Below are positions 1 to 11,190 of a stretch of DNA of 64,000 nucleotides, piece by piece. The first letter of the stretch is position 1, and every line of letters starts with the position of its first letter. The stretch is from Saprolegnia diclina VS20 (taxonomy: Eukaryota), in the NCBI RefSeq assembly GCF_000281045.1, contig NW_008246104.1:222557-286556 (forward strand). The letters are read 5' to 3'. Under the pieces are notes generated by a model. It saw only the letters and a program-made list of their open reading frames with translations. It was not told where the DNA came from and searched no databases. The position numbers and the translations under genes are program-made.

Positions 1-906
1 ACGGTTTCAAGATCTAAAAACATCCTCTTTCAATAGCATGCCATTGTGGCATTTGCTAAGGTCAATGATCATTAGTTCACCGGGTCAGCACGGGAGCTGA
101 TTGGAGCGAAGTGTTTGCTAGTGACTATAGTAAGCTTAATACGAGGATGCGACTAGCCCTCCTATGGATCTAAGCGCGTAGCACGCTCTGGTACATCCTG
201 TCGCGCTTTCACATGTAAGAAAGGCAGCCCTCGAAATTCCAGACGTATCTCTGGGCGCGAAAAGAAGACCAGATTCATGTCTGATTCGGCGCCACACCGG
301 TTAACGAGCTCGACGCTGCTGTGCAATATGAATGATGTGCAATGTGAACCATGCCGCGTATCTGGAGCATCTTTGAACCTGAAAGCTGCAGTTTGCGGTC
401 CAGACCATCAAGTCTCTTGATGCACAAGTTGTATAGTCAACTCAGTTCAGTGCTCAGCTCAGCACTTGATCTATGTAGCCAACTTCAACCGGCGCGATCT
501 TGCGCGCAATCCGCGACTTTGTCGCAACCATTGCTGATTGGTTGGTGCACTGATCCCTGCGCGCCGATTGGTCCGCTTTGCATCGTACGAAAAGATACTG
601 CTGGTCGGCGTGCGACGTCATGCTTTTGCCGGCGCTGCGTCACCGCTGGCGTCCCACACTCGATATTCACTGGCCAAGAGAAGCAACTCGAGACGCACGC
701 AGCATGCGGCTCCTCGCAGGACGCCATCTCGATGGTCGATGGCCTTGGAATCTGTGAGATTCCCATGTGCTCAGATCATGACGCGGCGCGAGAAGCCGGG
801 CGTAAAAATAGAGAGATGCCTAATTAGGACAAAAAGCCTCGCGTTGCCAGATCTTGGCGTTTGTATCCAATCGCATCTTGTTCATTTTCGGAAAGTCGCG
901 AGCTCG

Positions 907-2072
907 ATGGTGCTCCTGCGGGTCGTCGACGTGATCGCCGACATCTTTGCGCAGATCGGACCGCAGCACAACACGCCATCGAATGAGCTCGTACCTGACA
1001 AGTTCCGCAGGTACGCATCCGCCTGCATGGGCGAACGCGAGGCTACATGCATCATCTTGTAGCAAGTGGTATCTCTCGCCATGGCAGCACGCATTCGAGT
1101 TTGTGTGCTATATGAGCATCCTCATCCCGCTGAGCATCTACAGCTACCAGTGCGCGATCCAGCACCCGATGTGGAGGGCGCAGCGGCCCGTGCGCAAGGC
1201 CACGCCCCTCGATTTGGCGCTTGGCGTGGGCACCGGCGTGTCCTATATCGCGGTACGCTCGTCCACGCCATGACCTGTGTTTATGCTCACGATGCACGAT
1301 AGATTGTCTACTACAAGGCGCTAGCGCCGGGCATGTGGCGGCTGCCGTACGCGCTTCAGCCGTGCCACACCCTCACGCTGCTCTTGACGCTGCTCACCGT
1401 GGCGCGCGGCAAGACGGCCAATCTCTTGTTCCAGGTATTGCGACTCTGGCTCTGTCCTGATCACGCTCATGTCGCCGCGTAGGTGTACGTGACCATGTCA
1501 TGGTCGTCGGTGCTGGCGCTGAGCTTTCCCGACATGAGCGACTACGAACACTGGGTGCGAGGACGTCTTGTGACAGCTTTGATGGATGGCTCACTATGCA
1601 ATGCGTAGGGCGACTGCTTCAACTACTTTTATGAGCACATTATGATGCTGCTCGTGCCTTTTGTGCTTTGGGTACGGCTTGCGCACTCGCCTGCATGAGC
1701 CTCACAGACCGCTCATGTTGCTTATAGCACACGGGGCGCTTCGACTACATTGGCAGCCCGAGCTGGATCATGTTTGGCTTCACATTCATCGCGCTCTACC
1801 ACGCTGCGATCCTGCAGATCGTTGTGCTCGTCACCGAAATCAACGTGGCAACGCTCATGGTATGCTCTGATTGGCGGCGACGATCGATGACGAGCCGATG
1901 CATTTAGACGCCACCGGCCATCCTCAAGGACATTGGCATTTATTACCGGCCGGCGCAATATTTGATTTGCTTTACGCTACATTGGCTCTACAACGGCGTC
2001 ATCACGCTCGGTGTTTCGTCGTTTGCGGCGGCCTCAACAGCCAAGGATGTGCCGTCGCCCAAGCAACTCTAA
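907..2072 (+). CDS. TMEM164: TMEM164-family multi-pass membrane protein (spliced, ~6 short introns)
   Basis: Exons splice in frame at GT-AG: MVLLRVVDVIADIF..., WYLSPWQHAFEF..., YALQPCHTLTLL, FNYFYEHIMMLLVP, FIALYHAAILQ..., stop TAA 2070-2072. The QPCH, EH and YH motifs and hydrophobic pattern fit TMEM164. Confidence 0.75.
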
Positions 2073-3819
2073 GATCTTGGACGGCTTGTAGACATCGAAT
2101 AATAATACTACTCGTTCGACACCAATACGCTATGGTCGCTCGGTCGCGACGTGATCGCACGGCGGTACGGTGTCTACTGCAAGAGTAGGTCTTGTTTGGG
2201 TAGCATACCGTTGTGCCCCTGGCCGCCGTTAACTGAATGTAGGACGACTGCGGCTGCGCTGCAGGACATCGACGGCGGTCGTGAATATTATTAGCTGAAG
2301 GCTTGCGCGGCGATTCCAAATACACCAGTGTCGCTCGATCGATGAGACTACCTTCGTCGTTGGTGTTGGTGGTGACGCGAGCTGTTTGTGGCCCCTTTCA
2401 AATGCAATCTTCTAGGGTACAGACGATGGTTTGCGACCGTGGTATGTCGTCTTGCCACGCATCTTTCAGCTTTACCAAGACAAATGACCAACTGGACCCG
2501 TGCTTGGTAGCAGTGCCCATTCGTGTACCTGGATCTCGGGAAGCATTTTCGCGCCAAGTGTCATTTCCAAGTCATGCTCCTACCTGCAGCAAGCCCTACA
2601 TGACCACCAGTTCTTATATACATGTGGCGGCGCCTAGACACACGATGCACCCCCTAATGATGACTTGCAGGCGCCCCGCAATGTTCTCCCTCCTAGCCAC
2701 TCCTAGCCACACGATAAAGTCATTACTTCTTTGGCTTGGCACCGCGTTTTGCTGTGAAATCGCTCCGACAAGAATATTCTAAAGGTCACTTGCGACCTCC
2801 ATCATGGACAGTGTGATAGCTCCAGACGTCGAGGTGCGCGAGACGTCGAGTCGCCGGCAGCTCGGGAAACCATGTATCCCTTGGATGGTTGCTTTTGCTG
2901 TGTCAAGTGCTCAATCCTTGGCGCAGGAAACCGAGAGGCGGCCATTACTTGGAGGCCGCTTTACGCGAAAATGCAGTATGGCGTTGGCAATGATAGACGT
3001 GGAGGCAACTTGGTCGCTTGCTTTCAGTGTTTGGGAGTGTCCTTGGTATTGTCCTTGGGTACATGCAGTACGTCCGCTCCCCGAGTTTCTGCTTGATTTG
3101 GTGCCCGCGTAATAACGTTCTGCGAAGGGTAGTCGACTGATTTGGGCGAATCAACCACATCAAGTGGGTGGGCTGATCTTTGCAACGCTCAGCCAACTCG
3201 AACAGTTGGACGCACCGCCTTCCAGTCCAACGTGATGTACTGTGTCGGGAAGCGTCCCGTCTGAGATCGGGTGGCACGGCCGACCGCCGTGTACAGCCGA
3301 GACGAACAGCTCAACTACTGCTGGTAGGGCGACATGCCTTTGCATTGCACCTAAAATGGTCTCAAGATACCTACTGCCTAGTACCAACACGTCTGCGTCA
3401 GTGTCTGCGTCCCGACCATCTGTGTTGAATCCCAGAGCTTCCCAGAGCCGAAACAAACGAGCATTCTCAGATCAACGCCAGCACATGTCTAAGAGACCTG
3501 CAGCATCCACGCACCACTGTACCGTTTGATGAGAGTGTAGTGGACTCTCAGTGACTCGCCGCCAGCTCTCGCCGCCAAGATTGTCTGTCGTTCTGAACGA
3601 ATTGCTCGGATTCCGCCACCGGAGCCTGCCACCGGCAGCGTACAGGCAACCAAATGTAAAAAAGTAAACAATGCCAATGATTTTCGTGTGAGGCTACATG
3701 CAGTACCGGTACCGCCCGCTTACAAGTACCAAGGGTCAATAAACAGTATATTGACCCTTTCCAGTACGAGTGCTGTGTTTCTCGGAATTCTGAAGTTGCA
3801 AAGAAAAACAAAAATGAAT

Positions 3820-3892
3820 AGTCCCCAGCGGGACTCGAACCCGCAATCTCCGCCTTCGGAGAGCGACGCCTTATCCATTAGGCCATGGGGAC
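3820..3892 (-). tRNA. tRNA-Arg(CCG)
   Basis: Reverse complement folds as a cloverleaf: acceptor GTCCCCA/TGGGGAC, D arm GCCT-AATGGATA-AGGC, anticodon loop CT-CCG-AA, T arm GCGGG-TTCGAGT-CCCGC. T-runs follow (Pol III terminator). Confidence 0.95.
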
Positions 3893-4222
3893 CCATATGT
3901 TCGAAGAAAGTACACATGCCACATGATTTTAAAACATAGTCTATGTAAAGTTGAAATATTCAAGGCAGCGTGTCTGTGGCCAAAAGTGTCATGGTCTTGT
4001 TTGTCGCTTGCGACGTTGCATTCTATTCCGCAGAACCTCGCTACTGCGTCCGTGAGAGCCTAGCGTGAGAGCGACTCTCGTCACCACACAACGGTACCGT
4101 ATGGAAATCAGATTGCGATCTTCGGGTTTATAATCAGAGAAAGGTTGTCGAGTCGCACGAGTGACCAGACGAGGATGTTCGGTCCCAACGGGCTCACTCT
4201 TTCTTTTGCCACGTTGTGAACG

Positions 4223-6046
4223 ATGTTGTTCCGCCTCGCGACCTTGGCGGCGGTCGCTCTCGCGGCCGACAACATTGCGTCGATCGACGTGACGCTGCCC
4301 GTCAACACCAACCAAGTGCACTACGACACCCCCGCGTGCAAGGTGGTGCTCATGGACAATTATGTCTTTGGCCATTCGTACGGGAAGCCGTACCAAGGCG
4401 CGTTCCCGATCCCCGCGTGTGCGTCCGACCCGGCCAACTCGTTCGTGTATCTGCGCTGGTCGGCATCGGTGCCTGCCGGTCGGCAATTTGACCGCATCGC
4501 TGCCGTGTGGGCCAACGGCTTTGAGCTCCTCCGCACGACGACGCAGGAGCCAAGCCGCAAGACAGGTGTTTTTGCTGCAATATTTTTCGACCTGCTCACA
4601 CGATGTAGGTGCGACGTGGGAGGTGCTCAAAGACGTCTCACACTACAAGGACGTCTTGGCGGCGGGCGGCAACGTCGTCGTTGCTCTTGATAACGTCGTC
4701 GACCAGACGTACACGAGTAGCTTCACCGTGAGTGTGACGGCCGAGTTTTACAAGCCCAAGGACGCCTGCGGCAGCGACATTCGATCGGCGCCGCTGCAGC
4801 CTGACAGTGTGCTGAGCATTTCCAACAAGAACGGGGCGTACGGCTGGTTCCAAGTGCAGCCGTCGACACCCAGCGGCGGCCTCGCTACGCTTCCGCGCAA
4901 CCTCGATCAGCTTTTCCTTGAAGTCTTTACGAGCCACCACGGGTGCGACGAGTTTTACTACACCAACCCGCCCAACGAGTACAAGGAGCCGCTCCAGACC
5001 AACTGCGGCAACGGAGCGTTCCGTGAGTTTCAAGTGCTCGTTGACGGCAAGCTTGTGAGCACCTTCTGGCCGTTCCCGCTCATTTACACGGGCGGTATCT
5101 CGCCGTACATGTGGCGCCCGGTCGTTGCGACCGGCGCGTTTGAAGCACCGACGTACCTCGTGGACTTGACGCCCTTCCTTGGCATTTTTGTCGACGGGAA
5201 GGCCCACAATGTGAGCTTTAGCGTCGGGCACGGCCTCGACTACTGGCCGACGTCTGGCAACCTCCTCGTGTACCTCGACAAGGCTGGTAACCAGACGCAG
5301 GCAGTCGTGCAGAGCCAAATGATTCCGGCCGCGGTCGTGCCCAAGGTCGTCGCCGATGTCCACGGTATGGTTTCCAGCGCTTTTTGAAATTGAGATTGAG
5401 ATATCGTGCTCGGATAGGTCTCGACATGACGATCAAGACGACGGCGACGCGTCAGAACGCCATTTCGACTCGCATCACCACGTCGCGCGGCACCAAATTG
5501 TACTCGGTCGAATCCGCTTACACCTTTTACAACGACCAAGTGTACACCAACAACGCGTCGACGCAGTGGTTTGACCAACGTACGACCGTGACGACGACGA
5601 CGACGATCACGTCATCGGGGGCGCCAGCGTTCAAGCGCGTCACGAAAGAGGAGTACCCGTTTACTGGCAACACGACGTACGTGACGTACTCGACCGAAGG
5701 TGCTTCGCTGCACGCCCCGGTCTTACCGGCCGTGCGGCGCAATAACCACCCAGAAGCTCTCGCCGCCGACGGGTTCCGGCTCAACACGACGATCGATCAC
5801 GCGTTCATCAAGGCGACGACGTCGACCGGCGACGCCTCGGCCTTCCGCCTCGGCCTCTCGGATGCGACGGTCGCGATTCGCCAGCAAGCCGATGCGTACA
5901 TGGACTCGCTCGTCGGCGGTTCGGGCAACCATGTCGCGTACCTCGCGGCGTCCAACGCCACGGGCTGCTACTCGCATGACGTCGCTGCCTCGGTCGTGGG
6001 CGGCTACCTCAAGGACGTTCAGGGCACGTCGTGTCCTGCCCTGTAG
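4223..6046 (+). CDS. Secreted peptide-N4-(N-acetyl-beta-glucosaminyl)asparagine amidase A (PNGase A family)
   Basis: Signal peptide MLFRLATLAAVALA; motifs FGHSYGKP, GRQFDR, LRTTTQEP, DEFYYTNPP, GAFREFQV, WPFPLIYTGGISPYMWRPV. Introns at ~4566-4608 and ~5366-5417. Confidence 0.9.
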
Positions 6047-6155
6047 GCTCGTACCAAGGACACGAAATGGATGTATGCGCCCTTGCTAGTCAATGCATCA
6101 CTGGTTTTGAATAAATATGCTGCCGATAAGGTGGAGCATTTCGACGGCCGTGAGG

Positions 6156-6213
6156 TTTTCATTTTCATTTTCATTTTCATTTTCATTTTCATTTTCATTT
6201 TCATTTTCATTTT
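6156..6213. repeat. Hexanucleotide microsatellite (TTTTCA)n, about 9.5 copies
   Basis: Perfect tandem array read directly, just downstream of the PNGase A stop. Confidence 0.95.
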
Positions 6214-6549
6214 GGCCGATGGCCGGACAGTATGGAGATTTCGCTACGCGCTAACCACGACGTTGCAAGTTGAAGAAGAAGCTTGTGCGAAGATCGCAAT
6301 CGTAGAATGATGATGGTCGTTTTAAACGCGGCCGGTCAAGATCGTCGCCAGCAGCTGCATGAAGTTGACAGGTACATGCATGAGCTACCGACGGCCGTCG
6401 CTTGTCCAAGCTCAGCCGATCGCTACACTGTGCATATATGCGCTTGCGTTGTCTCACATAGCATATGAGGCAGACGCAGAGAAGAGCGCACGCAGCAAAA
6501 GAGATTAAATTACGATCGACAACTATGCATCCGTCTTCTACGCGCGCGT

Positions 6550-6972
6550 CTACACGAATGGGCAGTAGAGCGTCTCGTTCTTGAGGTAGCACGTCAGCTT
6601 GGTCACGGTCTTGCTCCGCACGTCGTCGTCGGACGACGAAAGCGGCGACTCGACTTTGACCTGGAGCGCGACTTCGCTCAGCATGAGAAGGTTGGTCGAG
6701 CTCGAGCTGTCGTCCGAGTCGGTACCGCTCGGCGCAAACGTCTTAGCGCGGTTCTTGCGCCACCACTCCTTGAAGTAGACGTTCCGGCGCTCCTTGTTCT
6801 TCTCGCGCCATTCCTTCATCTTTTGGAGGCGGTGGGCCTTGTTCTTGGCGTGGTTCTCGCGCTTGTACGCGAGGCGCCGCTCGCGGTTCTTGATGTGGTA
6901 CTGCTTGCACTGCTCGTTGCGCCGGAGGCGCCGCGCCTCGGCCTCCTCGGGCGTCAGGACCTTCTTGGGCAT
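6550..6972 (-). CDS. Small basic helical-repeat protein (140 aa), putative nucleic-acid binding
   Basis: Intronless ORF MPKKVLTPEEAEARR... with typical GC-rich codons and four 15-aa K/R-rich repeats. INR-like CCATTTCCAATTC lies ~10-20 nt upstream of the ATG. Confidence 0.75.
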   Translation of the reverse strand: MPKKVLTPEEAEARRLRRNEQCKQYHIKNRERRLAYKRENHAKNKAHRLQKMKEWREKNKERRNVYFKEWWRKNRAKTFAPSGTDSDDSSSSTNLLMLSEVALQVKVESPLSSSDDDVRSKTVTKLTCYLKNETLYCPFV

Positions 6973-7589
6973 CGCAGTGCAGAATTGGAAATGGACCGCT
7001 ATGGAGATCTTGGGCTTTTTTCGAAGCCGCCGATTGGCCCGCATCCGGAATTTCGAAGCCAATCCGGAAGCCGCGATCCAAAATCTCGAACGCGATCTTT
7101 GGATGTAATCCGCTAGCTTTGGGACAAGCAGGCACAGTTAGCGGCTCAACACCCAAGGAAGACGAAGACGCCGTACGCCTTGGCGTTGAGCTAGGCGAGT
7201 GCAGACGATGCACGTGGGTGGTGATCGACCAACAGGTGTACACTCGGGCTGCGGAGGCAGTGGTTCAAAAATGATCGACAAGATTGCAACCGTTTCAAAG
7301 CCTTTCTCGCGTCTCCACGTCACCTTCTGGCTGTTTACCTCGGGTCGACGAGGCTTGCGAGGTCGCAGCCCAAGACTTTGGATTGAAAACACAGGAAGAT
7401 AAATCTACTACGGTTGGACTACGACTACGGCTACAGAAGGGTCTACTGCTAGGTCTTGCTAGTGGTGGTGGTGCTCGTTGGGCGGGGTCGGCGGAGGCGA
7501 CGCGTCGACGAGAGAAGGAGGTACGAAGAGGTGGCGGTGCGGGCGGCTTGGATTCCGTCGTCCAGCATGACGACGCGCGGCGTTGCGGC

Positions 7590-8264
7590 TTAGGTCATGC
7601 CCAGATAGAGACACAGCAGCTCTTCATCTTCCTTCTTGACAAAGCGGCCTTTCACACGGAGGCGCGAGTCGGCAAAGTTCTTGCGGACGCCGTAGTTGAT
7701 CTTGCGTCCCCACGTGCGGTGCTTTCGCTTCTCGAGGTATCGCTGGATGCGCTCGGCGCGGTCTTCGGGCGAGTAGCTGCCGATGCGCTTCGTGCCTTGG
7801 TCGCTGTCGCTCGAGCACCATGATGAGACCGAGAGCTTGCGGTCGCGCTGGTGCGCTTGCAGCCGCAGATCGCACTCGCTGTCCTTGTCGAGCACGATGA
7901 GCTGGCCGTTGCGGCGGTGGTGGTGCGTCGGCTTGGCCTCGACGCTACTCGCGCCCAGGTGCAGCTCCTCGACCTTCATGCGTTTCAGGCCTTGCTCCAT
8001 CTTGCGCATCGTGTCAATGCACCACGACTCGTCAATGCCCGTTGGGCTGCTAAGGATCTTGAACTCTTCGTCGGCGAGGCGCGTGAGATGCTTGAGCGAC
8101 GACGTCGCGTCGGGCTTGGCGCGGCGCAGCGACACGAGCAGCGGCTCGACGTCCGAGTCCGAGTTGGACTCGGTCTCTGCGGACGAGAGCGATTCCGAGG
8201 CTTTGGTCAAGGCCATGAGGCTCTCGGCAATCGAGATGTCGTCGACGGCTTGGAGCAGGAGCAT
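7590..8264 (-). CDS. CCT-domain protein (CONSTANS/CO-like/TOC1 motif)
   Basis: C-terminal RAERIQRYLEKRKHRTWGRKINYGVRKNFADSRLRVKGRFVK is a textbook CCT motif. First in-frame ATG at 8264. Confidence 0.9.
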   Translation of the reverse strand: MLLLQAVDDISIAESLMALTKASESLSSAETESNSDSDVEPLLVSLRRAKPDATSSLKHLTRLADEEFKILSSPTGIDESWCIDTMRKMEQGLKRMKVEELHLGASSVEAKPTHHHRRNGQLIVLDKDSECDLRLQAHQRDRKLSVSSWCSSDSDQGTKRIGSYSPEDRAERIQRYLEKRKHRTWGRKINYGVRKNFADSRLRVKGRFVKKEDEELLCLYLGMT

Positions 8265-9537
8265 GGCGTCCAGGATGGTCACGCGAGAATTTCAAGCACT
8301 GAGAAACACTTTCGACGGCGACGCGGCAGAATGCAGGTCTCCGGCCTGCCGCCCGCCAAGACCTCTGCAAACAAATAGATTTTTTCTTTCCATACATTGG
8401 ACGCCTGCGTTGTACTGTGAGATACCTCTATAAACCCATAGGAGGACATTTTCGATATTGTCGACAGATGGGCGACGTATGCGTTGCCACAGGTTCACGT
8501 GTTTGCGCACCGCGCGGTTTTCTACAGCATACAAAAGCCAAGACGACGTGTATTTCACACGGTGGGAAACCCATGGGCACCGACGCGCATACAAATTCCA
8601 AGAGCATACAATATAATGCGCCCGGTGTCGTCTGATCCGGCTTCTTGCCGCTGGCTCGATTTTATTTTATTTTATTTTCGATCTTTTTTGGTCAGAGACA
8701 CGTGGCAACGCATACAAAGCCCAAGTCGGCGACGTAACGGGGCGCGTGAAAAAACCGCGAATCTTGGATCATGCCGATTTCGCCGCCGCTGAGCGCCACG
8801 CGCCGCGTGCCAATTGGAGGTTGCAAATGCATCTTCTCGCGCGCCGCCACTGCAGTCAGTACGCCGCCTTGCCCAGACATCATGTGCGTGTAGAGGAGCG
8901 TCGTTTCGGGGATCACGCGGGACGCTGAAACGCCGGACGAGGACTGCAGAATTCGGTTGCACCGTGGCACGACGCCACAAGCTTCTTCACACGGTTACTA
9001 GCACTCGGCGAGCATTTCGATAGGCGGTCCCACGCGCATCACGTCTTCTCGGAATGCTGCTCCTGCAACGTGCCGGAGCTGCCAGGCTTGTTCATGGCGC
9101 ACGGCGACGTGATACCGCAGTGAACAAGCGTTCGCTGACGTCACAGGTTGGAGGAGCAAAGGCCAAACTGATGTGTGCTCTTTGCTGTAAACGATAATAG
9201 TGTGCGATGCGAGCCCGCGGCAGGAGCCAACCCATAAGCGAAGTGCTACGACTCAGAGCTCATAGATATCTCCTTTACGACGATGTAGGCTAGTTCCACC
9301 AACGTATTATTGACGCTGTTTCACGTGACGATTTAGATGGTGGTGCCACGAGAGAAGCCTTGGACCTGCTTCAACCACACTATTTTTGTTGCATTAGGAG
9401 AAGGCCTTATCTCAGGACACAATTCGGCGCAACGTGTGCACGGTGCCTGATTTGGAATCAAGATACTCGGCTGACCAATCAGCGTGCTTGAAGTTTAAGA
9501 TCTTCGAAAGCTCAAGCGCCAGTACTTTCTTTTTGCC

Positions 9538-11147
9538 ATGTTCCGCCGAGCGCTCGCCAAGCGCGCATGGCCGCAGCGGGCGGCGATGAGCTCCATGGGT
9601 CGCCACACGGGCCAGCGCGCGACGCTGGACCTCGAGAACGTCCAGTCGATTACGCCATCGCGCTTCACGCAGGAAAGCTACTTTGCCGAGCTGCGAAAGC
9701 CCGTGCTCGAAGCGACGACCATCAACCCCGAGACGTACCAATCCGCCGAGTACCATGAGAAGGAGCTCGAGCGCCTCTTCGCCAAGGGATGGCAGATCGT
9801 TGGCTACACCGAGGTGCGTCTTTTGCCCTCGCTGTGCATGTCTTAGTGTACATGGGCGATGGTTGTAGAAGCTCAAGCAGCCCGGCGACACGATTGTGGC
9901 CACGGCCGCGGGCCAGCCGATCATTGTCACGCGCGCCAAGGACAACGAAATCCGTGGCTTCTATAACGTGTGTCGCCACCGCGGCGCGCAGCTCGTCGAG
10001 AAGAACGGTCGGTTCCCGGTCATTAGCTGCCCCTACCATCGCTGGGGGTACGCGCTCGACGGCCGGCTCTTGGCCACGCCCATGTTCAAGGGCGACGGCG
10101 TCTCGAGCGAAGTCGACTTTGGTAACGAGAAGGAGCCGACGCCGGCGGTCAAGGCGGCGTTTTCGACCGAGTGCGTCAAGAACTTCAACAAGAAAGACTA
10201 CGGACTTTTACCGGTTCGCATCGATACGTTTGGCCCGTTTGTGTATGCCAACGTGAGCGGGGACGCGCCGCCGCTCAAGGAGTACCTCGGCGACCTCCAC
10301 GAAACGCTGGTCGAGTACCCGTTCAGCGACCTCGTCTCGTACAAGAGCAGCACGATCCCGGTGCAATGCAACTGGAAGCTCCTCGCCGAGAACTTTATGG
10401 AGTACTACCACCTTCCGGCCGTGCACCCCGAGCTCTGTGACGTGTCGCGCGTCGACGACCACCATCGCGCCCAGGTATCGACAACTCTAAGATCTCGATT
10501 CTTATTGCTACGATGCACGGTGCAGGGCACGGGCTCGTACATTGGGTTTGTGACGTCGCCGTTGACGAACGGGGGCACGCCGCTGGACTTGGACCTGCTG
10601 CCGCCGATGCCCGGGCTCTCCGGCGTCAACCAAGTGACAGCGTGGTTCCACCACTATTTTCCCAACGCGTTTTATTTTCTCTTGCCGCACGGCGTCTACT
10701 GCGTCGTGCTTGAGCCCACGGGTAGCGAAGATATTTGATATTTATATTCACGGATGTCGACAGGTCCCAATACGACGACGGAGCACGCCGAGCTGCTCGT
10801 GCACCCCAACGTCTATGACGCACCGGGTACGCGCGAGCTTCTTCTGTCGATGATACTGACGTATTGTAGATGCCGAGGCCAAGCTCCAGAAGATGTGGGA
10901 CTTTTACGACATGACCAACAACCAAGACCTCTCGATCTGCGAGCGCGTCCAGGTCGGCATCAAGGCCAAGAACTACAAGGGCGGCCGCATGACCTTCCGC
11001 TTTGAAGAGACGATCCATCGGTTCCAGAACATGGTCGCTGACTACATGACGGGCAAGCCCAAGATCCCGACCGGCGACGAGTCGCCGCCGTATGCTTTTG
11101 AGCGCGACTTTGCCGCCGCCAAGAAGGACGAGGCGCGCTGTGCGTAA
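9538..11147 (+). CDS. Rieske non-heme iron oxygenase alpha subunit, choline-monooxygenase-like (spliced, 4 introns)
   Basis: Rieske ligands NVCRHRG...SCPYHRW; mononuclear Fe site NWKLLAENFMEYYHLPAVH and QDLSICERVQ. Arg-rich N-terminus lacks acidic residues. Confidence 0.9.
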
Positions 11148-11190
11148 GCAACGTCGAATCCACGCTCGTTTGATTTTGCGTTGCATGTTG

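Noticed and set aside
2100..3750. Several 80-160 aa ORFs between TMEM164 and the tRNA (e.g. 3160-3456 minus)
   Set aside because: Atypical codon usage and no motif I can recognise. At most a decayed gene fragment.
6019..6310. ORFs with MKMKMK / FIFIFI runs
   Set aside because: Translations of the TTTTCA microsatellite.
9538..11147. Rieske gene as a Neverland/DAF-36 sterol 7-desaturase partnering the P450
   Set aside because: Motifs (NWKLLAENFMEYYH) fit the CMO/ring-hydroxylating alpha type, there is no N-terminal TM anchor, and it lies ~19 kb from the P450.
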